Assembly: GCA_965603515.1 (NCBI GenBank)
Contig: CBFDDH010000001.1
Coordinates: forward strand, 80,568 to 144,567
Origin: an uncultured bacterium
GTDB lineage: Bacteria > Hydrothermota > Tepidihabitantia > SM23-42
Length of the DNA: 64,000 nucleotides
Reading direction: 5' to 3'
Made by a program: the position numbers and the translations under genes. The notes under the pieces are model-generated. The model saw nothing but the letters and a program-made list of their open reading frames with translations. It was not told where the DNA came from and made no database searches. Below are positions 1 through 10,065 of this stretch, piece by piece. The number at the start of each line of letters is the position of its first letter. The stretch's first letter is position 1.

Positions 1-290
1 GATCCTTTTGACTATCGCGAAAGCGAATAATCCTATGTATGGGCAGAGCTTTTTTCACCAGTAAGAACTTCTGCCTGATATACCTTACCCGAACGAGCAA
101 TCTCCGGTCAGTAATAGTAAATCTGATTGTGTCTTCAATAAATTTTAGGGACTCGTTTAATCGGTTGAGGTTTGCGTCTGCGATGCGCTCCCATTGCACG
201 TTTAATTATAATAGAACAAGTTACTCATGTCAATGGGGAAAAGATGCAATATCGGGGTAACGGAGAAATACATTCGCTGGAATAAATTAA

Positions 291-375
291 TAGCGTTATG
301 ATCGTTTAGACCGTTTTGATCGTTAATATCGTTGTTTTTCGCCCTACGCTTTACTCACTACGCCTTACGCTTTTT
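291..375. repeat. 84-85 bp direct repeat, copy 1 (iteron-like sub-repeats)
   Basis: tagcgttatgatcgtttagaccgttttgatcgttaatatcgttgtttttcgccctacgctttactcactacgccttacgctttt identical to 4595-4678. Confidence 0.9.
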
Positions 376-1060
376 CCAGACTGTACTCCACGGCACTTAT
401 CGCGTGGATCCTTGTCGTGTTAAGAAAAGGGATCCCGAATTCATCTTTGGGTAAAATGAGAGGAAGCTCGGTGCAACCAAGGATGACCCCCTGTATAGAT
501 TCTTCAGCGATCATGCGCTTGATGATCACAAGCAGACCTTGTTTTGTCTCCTTCAATATCTTATTGTGCATTATCTCATTCATCAGCTTATTATGAATAT
601 ACTCCTTTTCAGATTCTTCAGGGGTAATAATATCAATGCTAGCCTTGGCAAAAATACGTTGATAAAAACCTGCGCTCATCGTTGTTTTCGTACCTAAAAG
701 CGCTACCTTATGCAGACGGGCGTGCCTGGCAACCTGGCATGTTGCTTTAACAATGCTGAGCATGGGTATGGGTGAACGTGCCTGTAAATCGTCAAAAACA
801 ATATGTGGTGTATTAGATGCAATGAGGGCAAAATCAGCCCCGGCGCGATGCAGTACCTGCACGGCTTCAGCCAACCAAGCTACAGTCTTCTCAGTACTAT
901 CGGTCGTGACCGCACAAGGGAAATCCTTCATGTTTACGCTATAGATAATGACTTCAGGATAAGCACCTCTGGTTTTTTTTTGATAAAGTTCATTGATTAT
1001 CCGATAGTACTCAGCTGTTGCCTCAGGACCCAATCCACCGACAATACCGATCCTCTTCAT
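365..1060 (-). CDS. Asp/Glu/hydantoin racemase family protein (aspartate racemase-like)
   Basis: 231 aa ORF; N-terminal MKRIGIVGGLGPEATAEYY and second Cys-containing half-site typical of Asp/Glu racemase superfamily; SD GGAGG upstream. Confidence 0.6.
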   Translation of the reverse strand: MKRIGIVGGLGPEATAEYYRIINELYQKKTRGAYPEVIIYSVNMKDFPCAVTTDSTEKTVAWLAEAVQVLHRAGADFALIASNTPHIVFDDLQARSPIPMLSIVKATCQVARHARLHKVALLGTKTTMSAGFYQRIFAKASIDIITPEESEKEYIHNKLMNEIMHNKILKETKQGLLVIIKRMIAEESIQGVILGCTELPLILPKDEFGIPFLNTTRIHAISAVEYSLEKA

Positions 1061-1091
1061 AAGACCTCCATATCAACGATATATCACACGT

Positions 1092-1550
1092 TCAGACATC
1101 AGAATTTCTTCTCTTTGAAAGATATACAATGTCACCGTGACGTTTGTAACCCATACGCTGAAATGCTTCCATTGAAACAGTATTCCAATCCTCGACAAGA
1201 CAGGCGATTATCTCAATACCCAGATCATGCAATCGCTCCTCCACTTCTCGTACCAACCGTGCGCCAAGCCCCTGTGTACGTTGCGCTGGAGTTACTGCCA
1301 ACCGGTTAATCCAACCTTTACGTCCATCATGGGTACCAAAGATAGAGCCGATCAGTTCACCTTCACGCTCGGCTACCAAAAAAATAGCGGCTGAAGTTTT
1401 CAGTTCGCGTTCTATGCACTCACGTCGGTCTCGACCCTTGGGCTTATATGGTAAGCCCGCATCCTGCCACAAGGAGATCAACCTATCATAATCTTTAATA
1501 CAAAAAGAAGAAATGATGATCTTTCCGCCCTGATCATCCAAAGTCTTCAT
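1092..1550 (-). CDS. GNAT family N-acetyltransferase
   Basis: Acetyl-CoA binding motif region RLAVTPAQRTQGLGARLVREVEE; start moved to internal Met to limit overlap with downstream CDF gene. Confidence 0.6.
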   Translation of the reverse strand: MKTLDDQGGKIIISSFCIKDYDRLISLWQDAGLPYKPKGRDRRECIERELKTSAAIFLVAEREGELIGSIFGTHDGRKGWINRLAVTPAQRTQGLGARLVREVEERLHDLGIEIIACLVEDWNTVSMEAFQRMGYKRHGDIVYLSKRRNSDV

Positions 1551-2466
1551 TATCGCCAATCGGTTCAGGGTGCACAGTAACCTCTGCACCTTCAATTCTT
1601 TGTTTGATCGTCAATTCGACTAATGATGCTATCTTATGCGCTTTGTCGAGATGAATATTGCGGCGTAAACGAACATGGACAGTTATTTCAAGTTTCCCGC
1701 CGTAATCATGGACATGAATGTGGTGTACATCACTGATATCTTCACAACATAGCGCTGTCGCCCTGATATCGCTAATCAAATGATCTGATGGTGCCTCTCC
1801 GAGAAGCGTGCTACCTGACTCAAATATCATCATGATACCAGTATACACAATAAACATGGCGATAATGATACTGAGAATTCCATCAACCTGATAGAATCCA
1901 AACCGAAATAGAATAAAACCAATAATAACGAGAACCGTTGAAACCGCATCGGTACCATGATGCCAGGCATCTGCTTTTAAAGCCGCCGAATGAACGTGCT
2001 TGCCAAGATCATATGAAATAACGGACAGCAATATCTTTGCAATAATTGTCACCGCAAGAATGACAATAATCAACGAGCTGGATTCAACCGGCACAGGCGT
2101 TCTAACCCGGCTAATGCCATTCATGAAAAACTCAAGACCAACGACTATCAGCATACAGGCAATAACGATTGCGACGATCCTTTCTGCCCTGCCGTGTCCA
2201 AAAGGATGTTTTTTATCGGGCGGCTTTGTTGAGATCATAAAGCCAATAATAACAACAAGTGAGGATGCAACATCGGATAAGGAATGGACTGCATCGGCGA
2301 TAAGGGCCATACTATTTACCATTATGCCGAAGAAGAACTTCACGGCCGAGATAAGGAGGTTTACTACGATGCTTAGACCACCAGCAAAATACCCACAGTT
2401 TTTCCTCTCATTACCTTTATCAAGATGAAAGCTAGAAATAATAACACTCATAAGTCTTTTCATCAT
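1534..2466 (-). CDS. cation diffusion facilitator (CDF) family metal efflux transporter
   Basis: 310 aa, six predicted TM helices, HSLSDVASSL and His-rich metal sites, C-terminal cytoplasmic domain typical of CzcD/FieF. Confidence 0.75.
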   Translation of the reverse strand: MMKRLMSVIISSFHLDKGNERKNCGYFAGGLSIVVNLLISAVKFFFGIMVNSMALIADAVHSLSDVASSLVVIIGFMISTKPPDKKHPFGHGRAERIVAIVIACMLIVVGLEFFMNGISRVRTPVPVESSSLIIVILAVTIIAKILLSVISYDLGKHVHSAALKADAWHHGTDAVSTVLVIIGFILFRFGFYQVDGILSIIIAMFIVYTGIMMIFESGSTLLGEAPSDHLISDIRATALCCEDISDVHHIHVHDYGGKLEITVHVRLRRNIHLDKAHKIASLVELTIKQRIEGAEVTVHPEPIGDNEDFG

Positions 2467-2549
2467 GGTCTCTGTTTTGATTATAGATTATTTGCGATGA
2501 TTGTCAATTGCCGGGGTTGTCTGATTCATCTGGGCTATGGCCGCCCGAC

Positions 2550-3359
2550 TCAGCGCGTATTAATTGTGTTCAGTTCCTCGGCAAGTTCCTCTGAAGTATA
2601 ATCTTGTTTTCTAACGCGCAGATCGAAATACAAAAGGACTGAACCGAGCACAGCTACAGGCATCCCCACTATCGTACTAATCGCTACGCCAAGAACCGGG
2701 ATTATGCCAGCGATCGAATTGATACCCGCTACGATTACTGCAAACATCAAATTGATGCCGAACACGCGCCACCAATTACCTTTAACAAGAGCATAGCTCT
2801 TAGAAAATGCCTCGATAATACCCGTTCCCCTAATCATCACACACGGCAAAGCAAAACACCAACATACACCAAGATAAATGGCAAAAGGTATGCCGATTAC
2901 GGTCAGGACAAGAGCACCGAGTGCCAAACCAACAAGTATGCTCGTGCCCAACGCAGTGCCCAGTCGGGACCAAGCATACCTATATGAATCACTAAAACCA
3001 ATGTCTTTATCATAATACTGCGCAGCAACGAAATAAATCAAAGCGCATTGAACCAAAACACTGACTATGATAAAACCAATGTAGCCAAGCACGCCACCGA
3101 TAATTATATATGGTAATACGCTCATCATCCTGTCGCTCTCGCTGAGCAAAGGAAATAGAAAAAAACCCCCATATATTGCTACGAAAAAAAACGCATTAAG
3201 AACACCGGTGATCGCAGCGATCGCCCAAAGTTTCGTGTAATTGCTTTTATAGATACGAAAAGCCTCGGAAAGAAGGTCTTCGAGTTTCCTCGGACCGAAG
3301 CTGATTTCTTGCGTTGTATTCAATTCTGTAGCCATTAGAAACGAAGGTCTTTTGCCCAT
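2550..3359 (-). CDS. polytopic membrane protein of unknown function
   Basis: 269 aa, multiple hydrophobic helices, no recognisable catalytic motif. Confidence 0.4.
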   Translation of the reverse strand: MGKRPSFLMATELNTTQEISFGPRKLEDLLSEAFRIYKSNYTKLWAIAAITGVLNAFFFVAIYGGFFLFPLLSESDRMMSVLPYIIIGGVLGYIGFIIVSVLVQCALIYFVAAQYYDKDIGFSDSYRYAWSRLGTALGTSILVGLALGALVLTVIGIPFAIYLGVCWCFALPCVMIRGTGIIEAFSKSYALVKGNWWRVFGINLMFAVIVAGINSIAGIIPVLGVAISTIVGMPVAVLGSVLLYFDLRVRKQDYTSEELAEELNTINTR

Positions 3360-4516
3360 AAGTGGGCGTATTTTATCCCGCTCGCGGTATTGAATAATAC
3401 CACAGTTTCACTCTCGCGAATCCAATCTTGCTGGCGTAGGTATTTGAAGGCAACGAGGGTTGCTCCTCCTTCAGGACAACAAAAAATACCCTCGGTGTTT
3501 CCGATCTGCATTATCGCTTCGATCATTGCATCATCCGGAACCGCGATCGCCGTACCCTTGCTTTCCTTTAGCGTACGCAGAATCAAAAAATCACCGATCG
3601 CCGCCGGTACGCGCAAACCATCGGCAATGGTCTCTGCGTCACGCCACGGGGTTGCCGTAGCTTCCCCTTGATTGAACGCAGTTACGATCGGTGCACACCC
3701 TTTAGCTTGAACTGATACCAAACGCGGCAACTTCGATTTTATCCAACCAAGATTCTTGAGTTCTTCAAATGCCTTCCACATGCCGATAAGACCAGTGCCG
3801 CCACCAGTTGGGTAAATGATAACATCGGGTAAGTTCCAGTTAAGTTGTTCCGCCAGCTCAAAACCCATGGTTTTCTTGCCCTCTATACGATATGGTTCTT
3901 TGAGCGTTGACATGTCAAACCTGCTATATTGAGCTACATCATGAGCTGCCTGCTGCCCGCAGTGAGTAATATACCCCTCCACGAGTTTTACCTGAGCTCC
4001 TCTTGCTATGCATTCAATAACAAAGGTCTTGGGCACGTCCTTAGGCATATAAACAAAGGATTTCAAGCCACCGAGTGCCGCATACGCACTCATAGATACC
4101 GCGGCGTTACCAGCTGATGGCACCGCCAGTTCTTGTATCCCGAATTCACGTGCCCGGGATACCGCAACCGACATGCCGCGGTCCTTAAAGGAGCCGGTCG
4201 GATTCTGGCTTTCGTCCTTGATATAGAGATTGCCAAAATCCAAAACTTCACCGAGGTTTCGGGCATGGATCAATGGCGTGAACCCTTCACCGAGTGAAAG
4301 GATGCTCTTGTTATTCTGCAAGGGAAGCAATTCTTTATAACGCCACAGGTTTGGTGCACGTTTTGCTATATCCTCGCGTTTGACTGCCTTGCGAACTTTT
4401 TTCAGGTCATAAAGAACGACCAGAGGTTTACCACAAAACGAACAAAGATTCCAGCGTCTATCCGCCTCCAGCTTATTGCCGCATTTTGAGCACTCTAAGT
4501 GACTGACGAAAGCCAT
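3335..4516 (-). CDS. thrC: threonine synthase with N-terminal zinc ribbon
   Basis: 393 aa; CxxC...CxxC N-terminus, PLP-lysine motif GSFKDRG, fold-type II PLP enzyme, length and motifs of ThrC. Confidence 0.8.
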   Translation of the reverse strand: MAFVSHLECSKCGNKLEADRRWNLCSFCGKPLVVLYDLKKVRKAVKREDIAKRAPNLWRYKELLPLQNNKSILSLGEGFTPLIHARNLGEVLDFGNLYIKDESQNPTGSFKDRGMSVAVSRAREFGIQELAVPSAGNAAVSMSAYAALGGLKSFVYMPKDVPKTFVIECIARGAQVKLVEGYITHCGQQAAHDVAQYSRFDMSTLKEPYRIEGKKTMGFELAEQLNWNLPDVIIYPTGGGTGLIGMWKAFEELKNLGWIKSKLPRLVSVQAKGCAPIVTAFNQGEATATPWRDAETIADGLRVPAAIGDFLILRTLKESKGTAIAVPDDAMIEAIMQIGNTEGIFCCPEGGATLVAFKYLRQQDWIRESETVVLFNTASGIKYAHLWAKDLRF

Positions 4517-4521
4517 GAATC

Positions 4522-4550
4522 ATTGTACACACAATGTGGTAAATTGTCAA
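4522..4550 (-). promoter_or_regulatory. sigma70-like promoter TTGACA-17-TACAAT placing TSS at the thrC start codon (leaderless)
   Basis: Minus-strand reading ttgacaatttaccacattgtgtgtacaatgattcATG; no SD between -10 and ATG. Confidence 0.45.
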
Positions 4551-4594
4551 TCATCCCGGCAAAATTATATAGCCATCATGTCACTGCGTCACTA

Positions 4595-4678
4595 TAGCGT
4601 TATGATCGTTTAGACCGTTTTGATCGTTAATATCGTTGTTTTTCGCCCTACGCTTTACTCACTACGCCTTACGCTTTT
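4595..4678. repeat. 84 bp direct repeat, copy 2, immediately upstream of thrC promoter
   Basis: Identical to 291-374 by eye across all 84 bp. Confidence 0.9.
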
Positions 4679-4725
4679 CCTGTTCCTCCCATACTCCGAT
4701 ACCCCATTACTCCGTTACTATCGTT

Positions 4726-5460
4726 CTACTTGTCTTTTATTTCTTCAAGTAGTTCAAGCGCTTCAGGCTTATCATCTAATACAAAATCAGCCATGTAGGT
4801 TGGATCCTGTATGTCGAGCAACCTCTTCAAATACCAACGTGCTTTCTCATAGTCCTTTTTCTTTATCCAGACTTTAGCCATATCAACGTAAAGCAAACTA
4901 TAATTAGAATCTATTTCAATACCCTTATTGAGCGCTTCCGAGGATTTATTCAGATTGCCACCTAGTAACCCTGGTAATTCATAGTACAACATCGCTTTCA
5001 CATCGAGCGCACCGGTATGTTCTGGATCCAGCTTCAGGATCTTATCTAGTTCTTTTTTTATCTCAGGGACTGATGCGAGAGAATTCAGCACGCCCTTTGT
5101 CTGCCCTATCCTACCGATATTAACAACATACCAAAAGTGAGCCCATTTAGAATTGCCATCGAGTTTAATCGCTTTTTTCGCGTGTTTCTTACCCGTTTCA
5201 TATAATGCAAGCTTGTCTTTCTTACTATTAGCTTCGTCCCCTAGCAGATAATAAATCCTGGAAAGTTCATAAAGAGCACGTACATTTTCCGGTTCTTGTT
5301 CAATTACGTTGCTGAGTACCTCAGCACTCTTCGCGAGGTTTCCGCTGTTCAAATGGCGCGTTCCGAATAACTCAATTGCATTATCGATAAGAGAATCACT
5401 TGATTGAGCAGTAATAAGAGATACTACAACGAATAGTCCTATTAAATAACGTCTTAACAT
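4726..5460 (-). CDS. TPR repeat protein with signal peptide
   Basis: 244 aa; hydrophobic N-terminus, repeated A/Y/L-rich 34-residue TPR-like units; SD AGGAGG upstream. Confidence 0.6.
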   Translation of the reverse strand: MLRRYLIGLFVVVSLITAQSSDSLIDNAIELFGTRHLNSGNLAKSAEVLSNVIEQEPENVRALYELSRIYYLLGDEANSKKDKLALYETGKKHAKKAIKLDGNSKWAHFWYVVNIGRIGQTKGVLNSLASVPEIKKELDKILKLDPEHTGALDVKAMLYYELPGLLGGNLNKSSEALNKGIEIDSNYSLLYVDMAKVWIKKKDYEKARWYLKRLLDIQDPTYMADFVLDDKPEALELLEEIKDK

Positions 5461-5474
5461 ATAACCTCCTCAGC

Positions 5475-5535
5475 ACAATAGTTATTGGGCTTGGGTTATG
5501 AAGCTGGAATCCAGCATTCAGACCAAACCCATATT
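5475..5535. repeat. G-rich-TIR intercistronic element, family 1 copy A (short)
   Basis: gttattgggcttgggttatgaagctggaatccagcattcagaccaaacccatattctatctc; between TPR gene start and deacetylase stop. Confidence 0.6.
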
Positions 5536-6273
5536 CTATCTCTTGACGAGCATAGTCGCAATGGTGAAGTGATTAATGACCTTCTGCTTTATGCGGTCAT
5601 AACGATAGATAAAATCGGGTTTTTCGAGAACCTTTGTTTTAAAACTCCTTGATGTATCAGTAATGTAAACGCTTTCTTTTTTGAGCAGCAAGTCATTACG
5701 ACCGTCGCCGCCAAAACCGAACTCATAACCTGCTTTGCTAACTGCCCTAACAACTATCGGGTTTACTCTGTTGAATGGATAAGATATGCTCGTACATTCA
5801 CCGAGTTCCTGCTGTAAAATTCTCCTGGATTCAAATACTTCGTATTCAACCTCCTGTTCACTCATCCTTGCAAGATTCCGATGGTTCATAGTGTGTGAAC
5901 CGAATTCAATGCCCCAATCTTTCATCTCGTATATCTTATCCCAGGATAGGTGCTGGACACGTTTACCCGTGATACTAATATCCCATAAATTATTCTGACC
6001 AATATAATTAACAATAAGAAAAACCACCGCTTTGACATTGTATTTCTTGAGGATTGGAAATGCATACTCATATATAGTATCTTCACCATCATCAAAGGTA
6101 ATAACAATACCATCATCATTATCCCCTGGAAGGACAATGTCTACGCCTTTGTCAGAAATAATTTCCAGGAACCTTGCGAACTGCTCTGGCGTGTTCCAGG
6201 TTCCGCAGAATTGGAATTCAGGAGTTATCCTGTGAAACTGTAGAGCTTTCATCCGGTTAGAAAACCTCGCCAT
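5536..6273 (-). CDS. polysaccharide deacetylase (NodB homology domain)
   Basis: 245 aa; TFDDG and HTMNH motifs of carbohydrate esterase family 4. Confidence 0.7.
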   Translation of the reverse strand: MARFSNRMKALQFHRITPEFQFCGTWNTPEQFARFLEIISDKGVDIVLPGDNDDGIVITFDDGEDTIYEYAFPILKKYNVKAVVFLIVNYIGQNNLWDISITGKRVQHLSWDKIYEMKDWGIEFGSHTMNHRNLARMSEQEVEYEVFESRRILQQELGECTSISYPFNRVNPIVVRAVSKAGYEFGFGGDGRNDLLLKKESVYITDTSRSFKTKVLEKPDFIYRYDRIKQKVINHFTIATMLVKR

Positions 6274-6309
6274 TTCCCGAGCGTAGATGCTAATGTTTTT
6301 TTTGAATTC

Positions 6310-7587
6310 CTAGCGGGATTTACCATGAGCCAAAACCATCCAACCAATGACCGCCAGAACGGCAAGGGATATGCCGGAAACAATAAAAATAGCATCTTTT
6401 CTTACGAATGTAGTAAGAAAACCGATCGCCAATGCTCCAAGAGCAATCAAGCAATGGTAAATCCAATCCCGTATTGAAAACATCCTACCGCGCACCAGTT
6501 CATCCGCACTCCGATGAATCAGTGTATCTTGACCAACAAATATCGGGGATATAGCGAGCCCAGCAACAAAAATCACTCCAGCAAACGCTAAACGATGCAC
6601 GAGAAATGGAAAAAGAACCAGACCACCGCCGATTAAAATAAAACAGAATAACATTAAATCCTTAAGGTCAAAGCGATGACCGATAACACCAACCAGAAAG
6701 GCACCGATGAGCAACCCGATCGCACCAGCTGAAGCAAGGATCCCGACACCGCTAGTGCCCCAACCCATATCCTGTTGGATAGTCGGTATAACAAGCACAT
6801 AAATAACACAAGTACCGATTATCATCAGCACAATCGATGACATAGCAAAACCGAGATCTTTTCTCTTTGGTATCATCTGCAAGGCGTGATTCAGATCATG
6901 CCAGACTCCTAATAAACCTTTGCGTACAAGAAGAAAAACCCCTCTGGCTTCCAAGTGTTTTTCGCGCTTTGGCGGTTTGATTAGCTTGACCTTAATTAAA
7001 TAAAGCATGAAGGCTGATGCGCCAAAAGTAACAGCATCAAGTATAAATGCAACAGTCCAACCAGCCAACCCAATAACTTTGTACCACATATGCCAGTCAA
7101 CGATTAACCCACCGATCAGCATACCGAGAAAAGTAGCTCCCCTGCCCACAAAATTCACTAGCGAATTGGCTTTCAAAATACTCTTTGGGGGTACCATATT
7201 AGGTATTACGGAATTCCTTGCAGTATTAAAGAAGAGGGTCAAAAGAAACATAAAAAAGACCACGGCAAAAACCGGATATATGCTATGTGTACTAATGAGT
7301 ACTATTGGAATCAAAATTGCACAAACCATTCTTAAAGCATCACAGATTACCATGACCTTTTTCTTGTTCCATCTGTCGACCAAAACACCAGCAATTGGAC
7401 CGAAAATAATCACAGGTAAAGTGATTGCGATAATCAATTGCGACAATAAAAACGATACGCTCCCAGGGTAAAGACCGATAATGCCAATAAGTGCTATATA
7501 ATTCAACTTATCACCGAACTGGCTGACCGTTTGCGACAGAACGAATAGCGAGAAGTTTCTGCTCTTAAGAGTTCTCCACACGATCAA
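6310..7587 (-). CDS. MFS transporter
   Basis: 425 aa, 12 predicted TM segments, two-fold repeat organisation. Confidence 0.65.
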   Translation of the reverse strand: MIVWRTLKSRNFSLFVLSQTVSQFGDKLNYIALIGIIGLYPGSVSFLLSQLIIAITLPVIIFGPIAGVLVDRWNKKKVMVICDALRMVCAILIPIVLISTHSIYPVFAVVFFMFLLTLFFNTARNSVIPNMVPPKSILKANSLVNFVGRGATFLGMLIGGLIVDWHMWYKVIGLAGWTVAFILDAVTFGASAFMLYLIKVKLIKPPKREKHLEARGVFLLVRKGLLGVWHDLNHALQMIPKRKDLGFAMSSIVLMIIGTCVIYVLVIPTIQQDMGWGTSGVGILASAGAIGLLIGAFLVGVIGHRFDLKDLMLFCFILIGGGLVLFPFLVHRLAFAGVIFVAGLAISPIFVGQDTLIHRSADELVRGRMFSIRDWIYHCLIALGALAIGFLTTFVRKDAIFIVSGISLAVLAVIGWMVLAHGKSR

Positions 7588-8702
7588 TCTCCTGAGTTTA
7601 ACACTTCAGTGTAGAAACTAAATACTTTCTTCGTGATGATCTGCCAATCATAGGTTAATGCCTTTGCCCGGCCTTTAACTCCCATCCTTTTCATCCTCTT
7701 CTTATCCTTGAGTAAACTGATAACCTTCTTTGCCAGAGACTGGACATCAGTTGTTTTAGAGAACACCCCCTCTTCACCATCCTGCATGACCGTTTTGTAC
7801 CCTGGATTATCTGAAGCAACTATCGGTTTACCTGAAGACATCGCCTCGAGCAAAACAATACCAAAACTCTCCTGACCGGTCGCCGGTGAGCAAAATATAT
7901 CACAGGATGCATAGTACTTCGGCAAATCATCAGGGCTCACACTACCAGCAAATATAACCTGCCTTTTTATGTGTTCCTCGATATATCTCTTGTAATAGCG
8001 TTCAAGAACACCGGCACCGACAATAATAAGTTTGGCACTTGGAAATTCCTTGAGAATTATCGGAAAAGCCTGCAAAAGATACTTCAGCCCCTTTCTCGGT
8101 TCAAACCTCCCGACAAACAATATTTTTGGTGAAAACTCGTCCAAGTAACCCATTGATTCGACCGCCGGACTAAACCGAGTTGTATCAATACCATTAGGGA
8201 TTATCCGATAATTACCCGGAAAATATTTTGAGATAGAATCACGGGCCACTTCAGAAACCGCAATGAGACCGTTTATCTTCCTGAAATACTGTTCCAAAAT
8301 CGGCTCCCAGAGTAGATATCCAAAACTATCCTCATGTGCCGCATGGAATGTAACCAAGTTCTTTGCATTGGAATACTTCAGCACATAATAAGGCAGCACC
8401 GGCGCCAAAATACCATGGATATGAACGATATCAAAATCTTCCTTTTCCAGGAAGCGCCTTAATTTCCATGGCATTGTCAGACTGAGATTCAGAACACCAA
8501 ATGACTTGTTCCATGGAACCAATATCGCCCTACCCAGTCTTATGATATTCTCATCAACATAGGGGTGATTCTTGCCAAAAGAAGCTGCCATGATCTTTGC
8601 ATCATGGCCCATCGACTTCAAACCCTGCCACAGGTGTAACATATGTTCAGGAATGCCACCGGTATGCGGATAGAAATCATCCGCAACTATCAGTATGTTC
8701 AC
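7584..8702 (-). CDS. glycosyltransferase family 4 (group 1 glycosyl transferase)
   Basis: 372 aa; GT-B fold signature with E-x7-E motif region in C-terminal half; 4-nt overlap with downstream MFS gene. Confidence 0.7.
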   Translation of the reverse strand: MNILIVADDFYPHTGGIPEHMLHLWQGLKSMGHDAKIMAASFGKNHPYVDENIIRLGRAILVPWNKSFGVLNLSLTMPWKLRRFLEKEDFDIVHIHGILAPVLPYYVLKYSNAKNLVTFHAAHEDSFGYLLWEPILEQYFRKINGLIAVSEVARDSISKYFPGNYRIIPNGIDTTRFSPAVESMGYLDEFSPKILFVGRFEPRKGLKYLLQAFPIILKEFPSAKLIIVGAGVLERYYKRYIEEHIKRQVIFAGSVSPDDLPKYYASCDIFCSPATGQESFGIVLLEAMSSGKPIVASDNPGYKTVMQDGEEGVFSKTTDVQSLAKKVISLLKDKKRMKRMGVKGRAKALTYDWQIITKKVFSFYTEVLNSGD

Positions 8703-8733
8703 CCCATCACCATAACCTTAAGAGGGAATTGCT

Positions 8734-9192
8734 TCATTGCGTTCCTGTATGACCGAAGCCACCACTGCCGCGTTTTGTTTCTTTCAACTTATCAACCAAT
8801 ATGAATTGAGCCTGTACAACACGGTTGAACACCAATTGCGCGATGCGGTCACCTGGTTCAATACGGAAAGACTCTTGCCCAAAGTTGAAGAGAATTACCT
8901 TTACTTCACCGCGATAATCAGCATCAATCGTCCCTGGTGCATTCAAAATACCGATGCCATATTTCATTGCCATACCACTACGGGGCCTGACCTGTGCTTC
9001 ATAGCCCTGCGGTAATTCAATCCTAACACCGGTCGGTACAATATTGTATTTCCCCGGTTCAAGAACGACTGGATTATCGATATCAGCATACAGATCACAA
9101 CCTGCTGCCTGCTTACTTTGGTATTTCGGTATGAATCTCCCTATTATCTTCACTTCTATTTTAGCTTCTTCATTTTTTAGGTGTTTAGGCAT
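8734..9192 (-). CDS. dut: dUTP diphosphatase
   Basis: 152 aa; all five conserved dUTPase motifs (AAGCDLYA, RPRSGMA, GIGILNAPGTIDADYRGE, etc.). Confidence 0.85.
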   Translation of the reverse strand: MPKHLKNEEAKIEVKIIGRFIPKYQSKQAAGCDLYADIDNPVVLEPGKYNIVPTGVRIELPQGYEAQVRPRSGMAMKYGIGILNAPGTIDADYRGEVKVILFNFGQESFRIEPGDRIAQLVFNRVVQAQFILVDKLKETKRGSGGFGHTGTQ

Positions 9193-10054
9193 TTGCTCCT
9201 TGTTCTATCCATTCCGGATGGAAGACAAACCATTGATCAGGATATTTCCTTATGAATTTCTCAAATTCGCTAACCATGAGTCTATTGAATGCATCAGCAT
9301 CACCATTAAAAATAATCGGTGATTCAATCACTCCAAGGTATCGTACACGCTTACTCGATGGATTTAGAACCATATACGCAAAGACCACTGGTAGCTTACT
9401 CCTGATAACCATTTCTGCAAGACCCTTGGGGATATTCCTCTTCCCCGAAAAAAATCGTACGGAGATACCATTCTTCATAATATCGCGATCCGCCAGCACT
9501 GCAAGAACACGATTGTTTCTAATAATATCAAGAAAAGCATAACCAGCCCGAGTAACTGGATATGTCTTCATGCCCGTGCTCTCGCGGTGTTTTGTATACA
9601 GATCAAACATGGCATTATCAGTCACTTCGACCAGCGCTGTCATCGGCAAACCCCGGGCTGCCAAATACACACCGGCATAATCCCAATTCCCAAGATGCAG
9701 GGTGATTAAAATGCAGCCCTTGTGTTGAGCAAGCGCCTTCTCCACGTTTTCATAACCGAGACATTCAGCGCTTTCAAGAATACTATCTTTAGATATAAAG
9801 GCAAGTCGAAAAAAATCCGTCATTGTAAGTGCAAAATTGGTAAATGTTCTCTTCAAAAAAAAATTCATCTGCTCTCGACTAATACTCTCGGTTGAAAAAA
9901 TATGCTCCAGGTTCCGCTCAATATAACGCCGTTTCTTTTTGAAAAAAAAGCAATATAAAAGCCCAAATCCAATGGCAATTCTGTCGGTCAGTTTCACGGG
10001 CATTAGGTGAACAAGTACAACACCGAATTTTTGCAGTTGAACAACCGGGTTCAT
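9185..10054 (-). CDS. lysophospholipid/lipid A biosynthesis acyltransferase (LpxL/HtrB family)
   Basis: 289 aa; single N-terminal hydrophobic segment, acyltransferase H(x)4D-like region HLGNWD. Confidence 0.55.
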   Translation of the reverse strand: MNPVVQLQKFGVVLVHLMPVKLTDRIAIGFGLLYCFFFKKKRRYIERNLEHIFSTESISREQMNFFLKRTFTNFALTMTDFFRLAFISKDSILESAECLGYENVEKALAQHKGCILITLHLGNWDYAGVYLAARGLPMTALVEVTDNAMFDLYTKHRESTGMKTYPVTRAGYAFLDIIRNNRVLAVLADRDIMKNGISVRFFSGKRNIPKGLAEMVIRSKLPVVFAYMVLNPSSKRVRYLGVIESPIIFNGDADAFNRLMVSEFEKFIRKYPDQWFVFHPEWIEQGANA

Positions 10055-10065
10055 GTACCAGGTGT

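Noticed and set aside
39-260. 73-aa ORF at window start
   Set aside because: No SD and no recognisable domain. The Cys- and Arg-rich composition is typical of random frames. Treated as non-coding flank of the 84-bp repeat.
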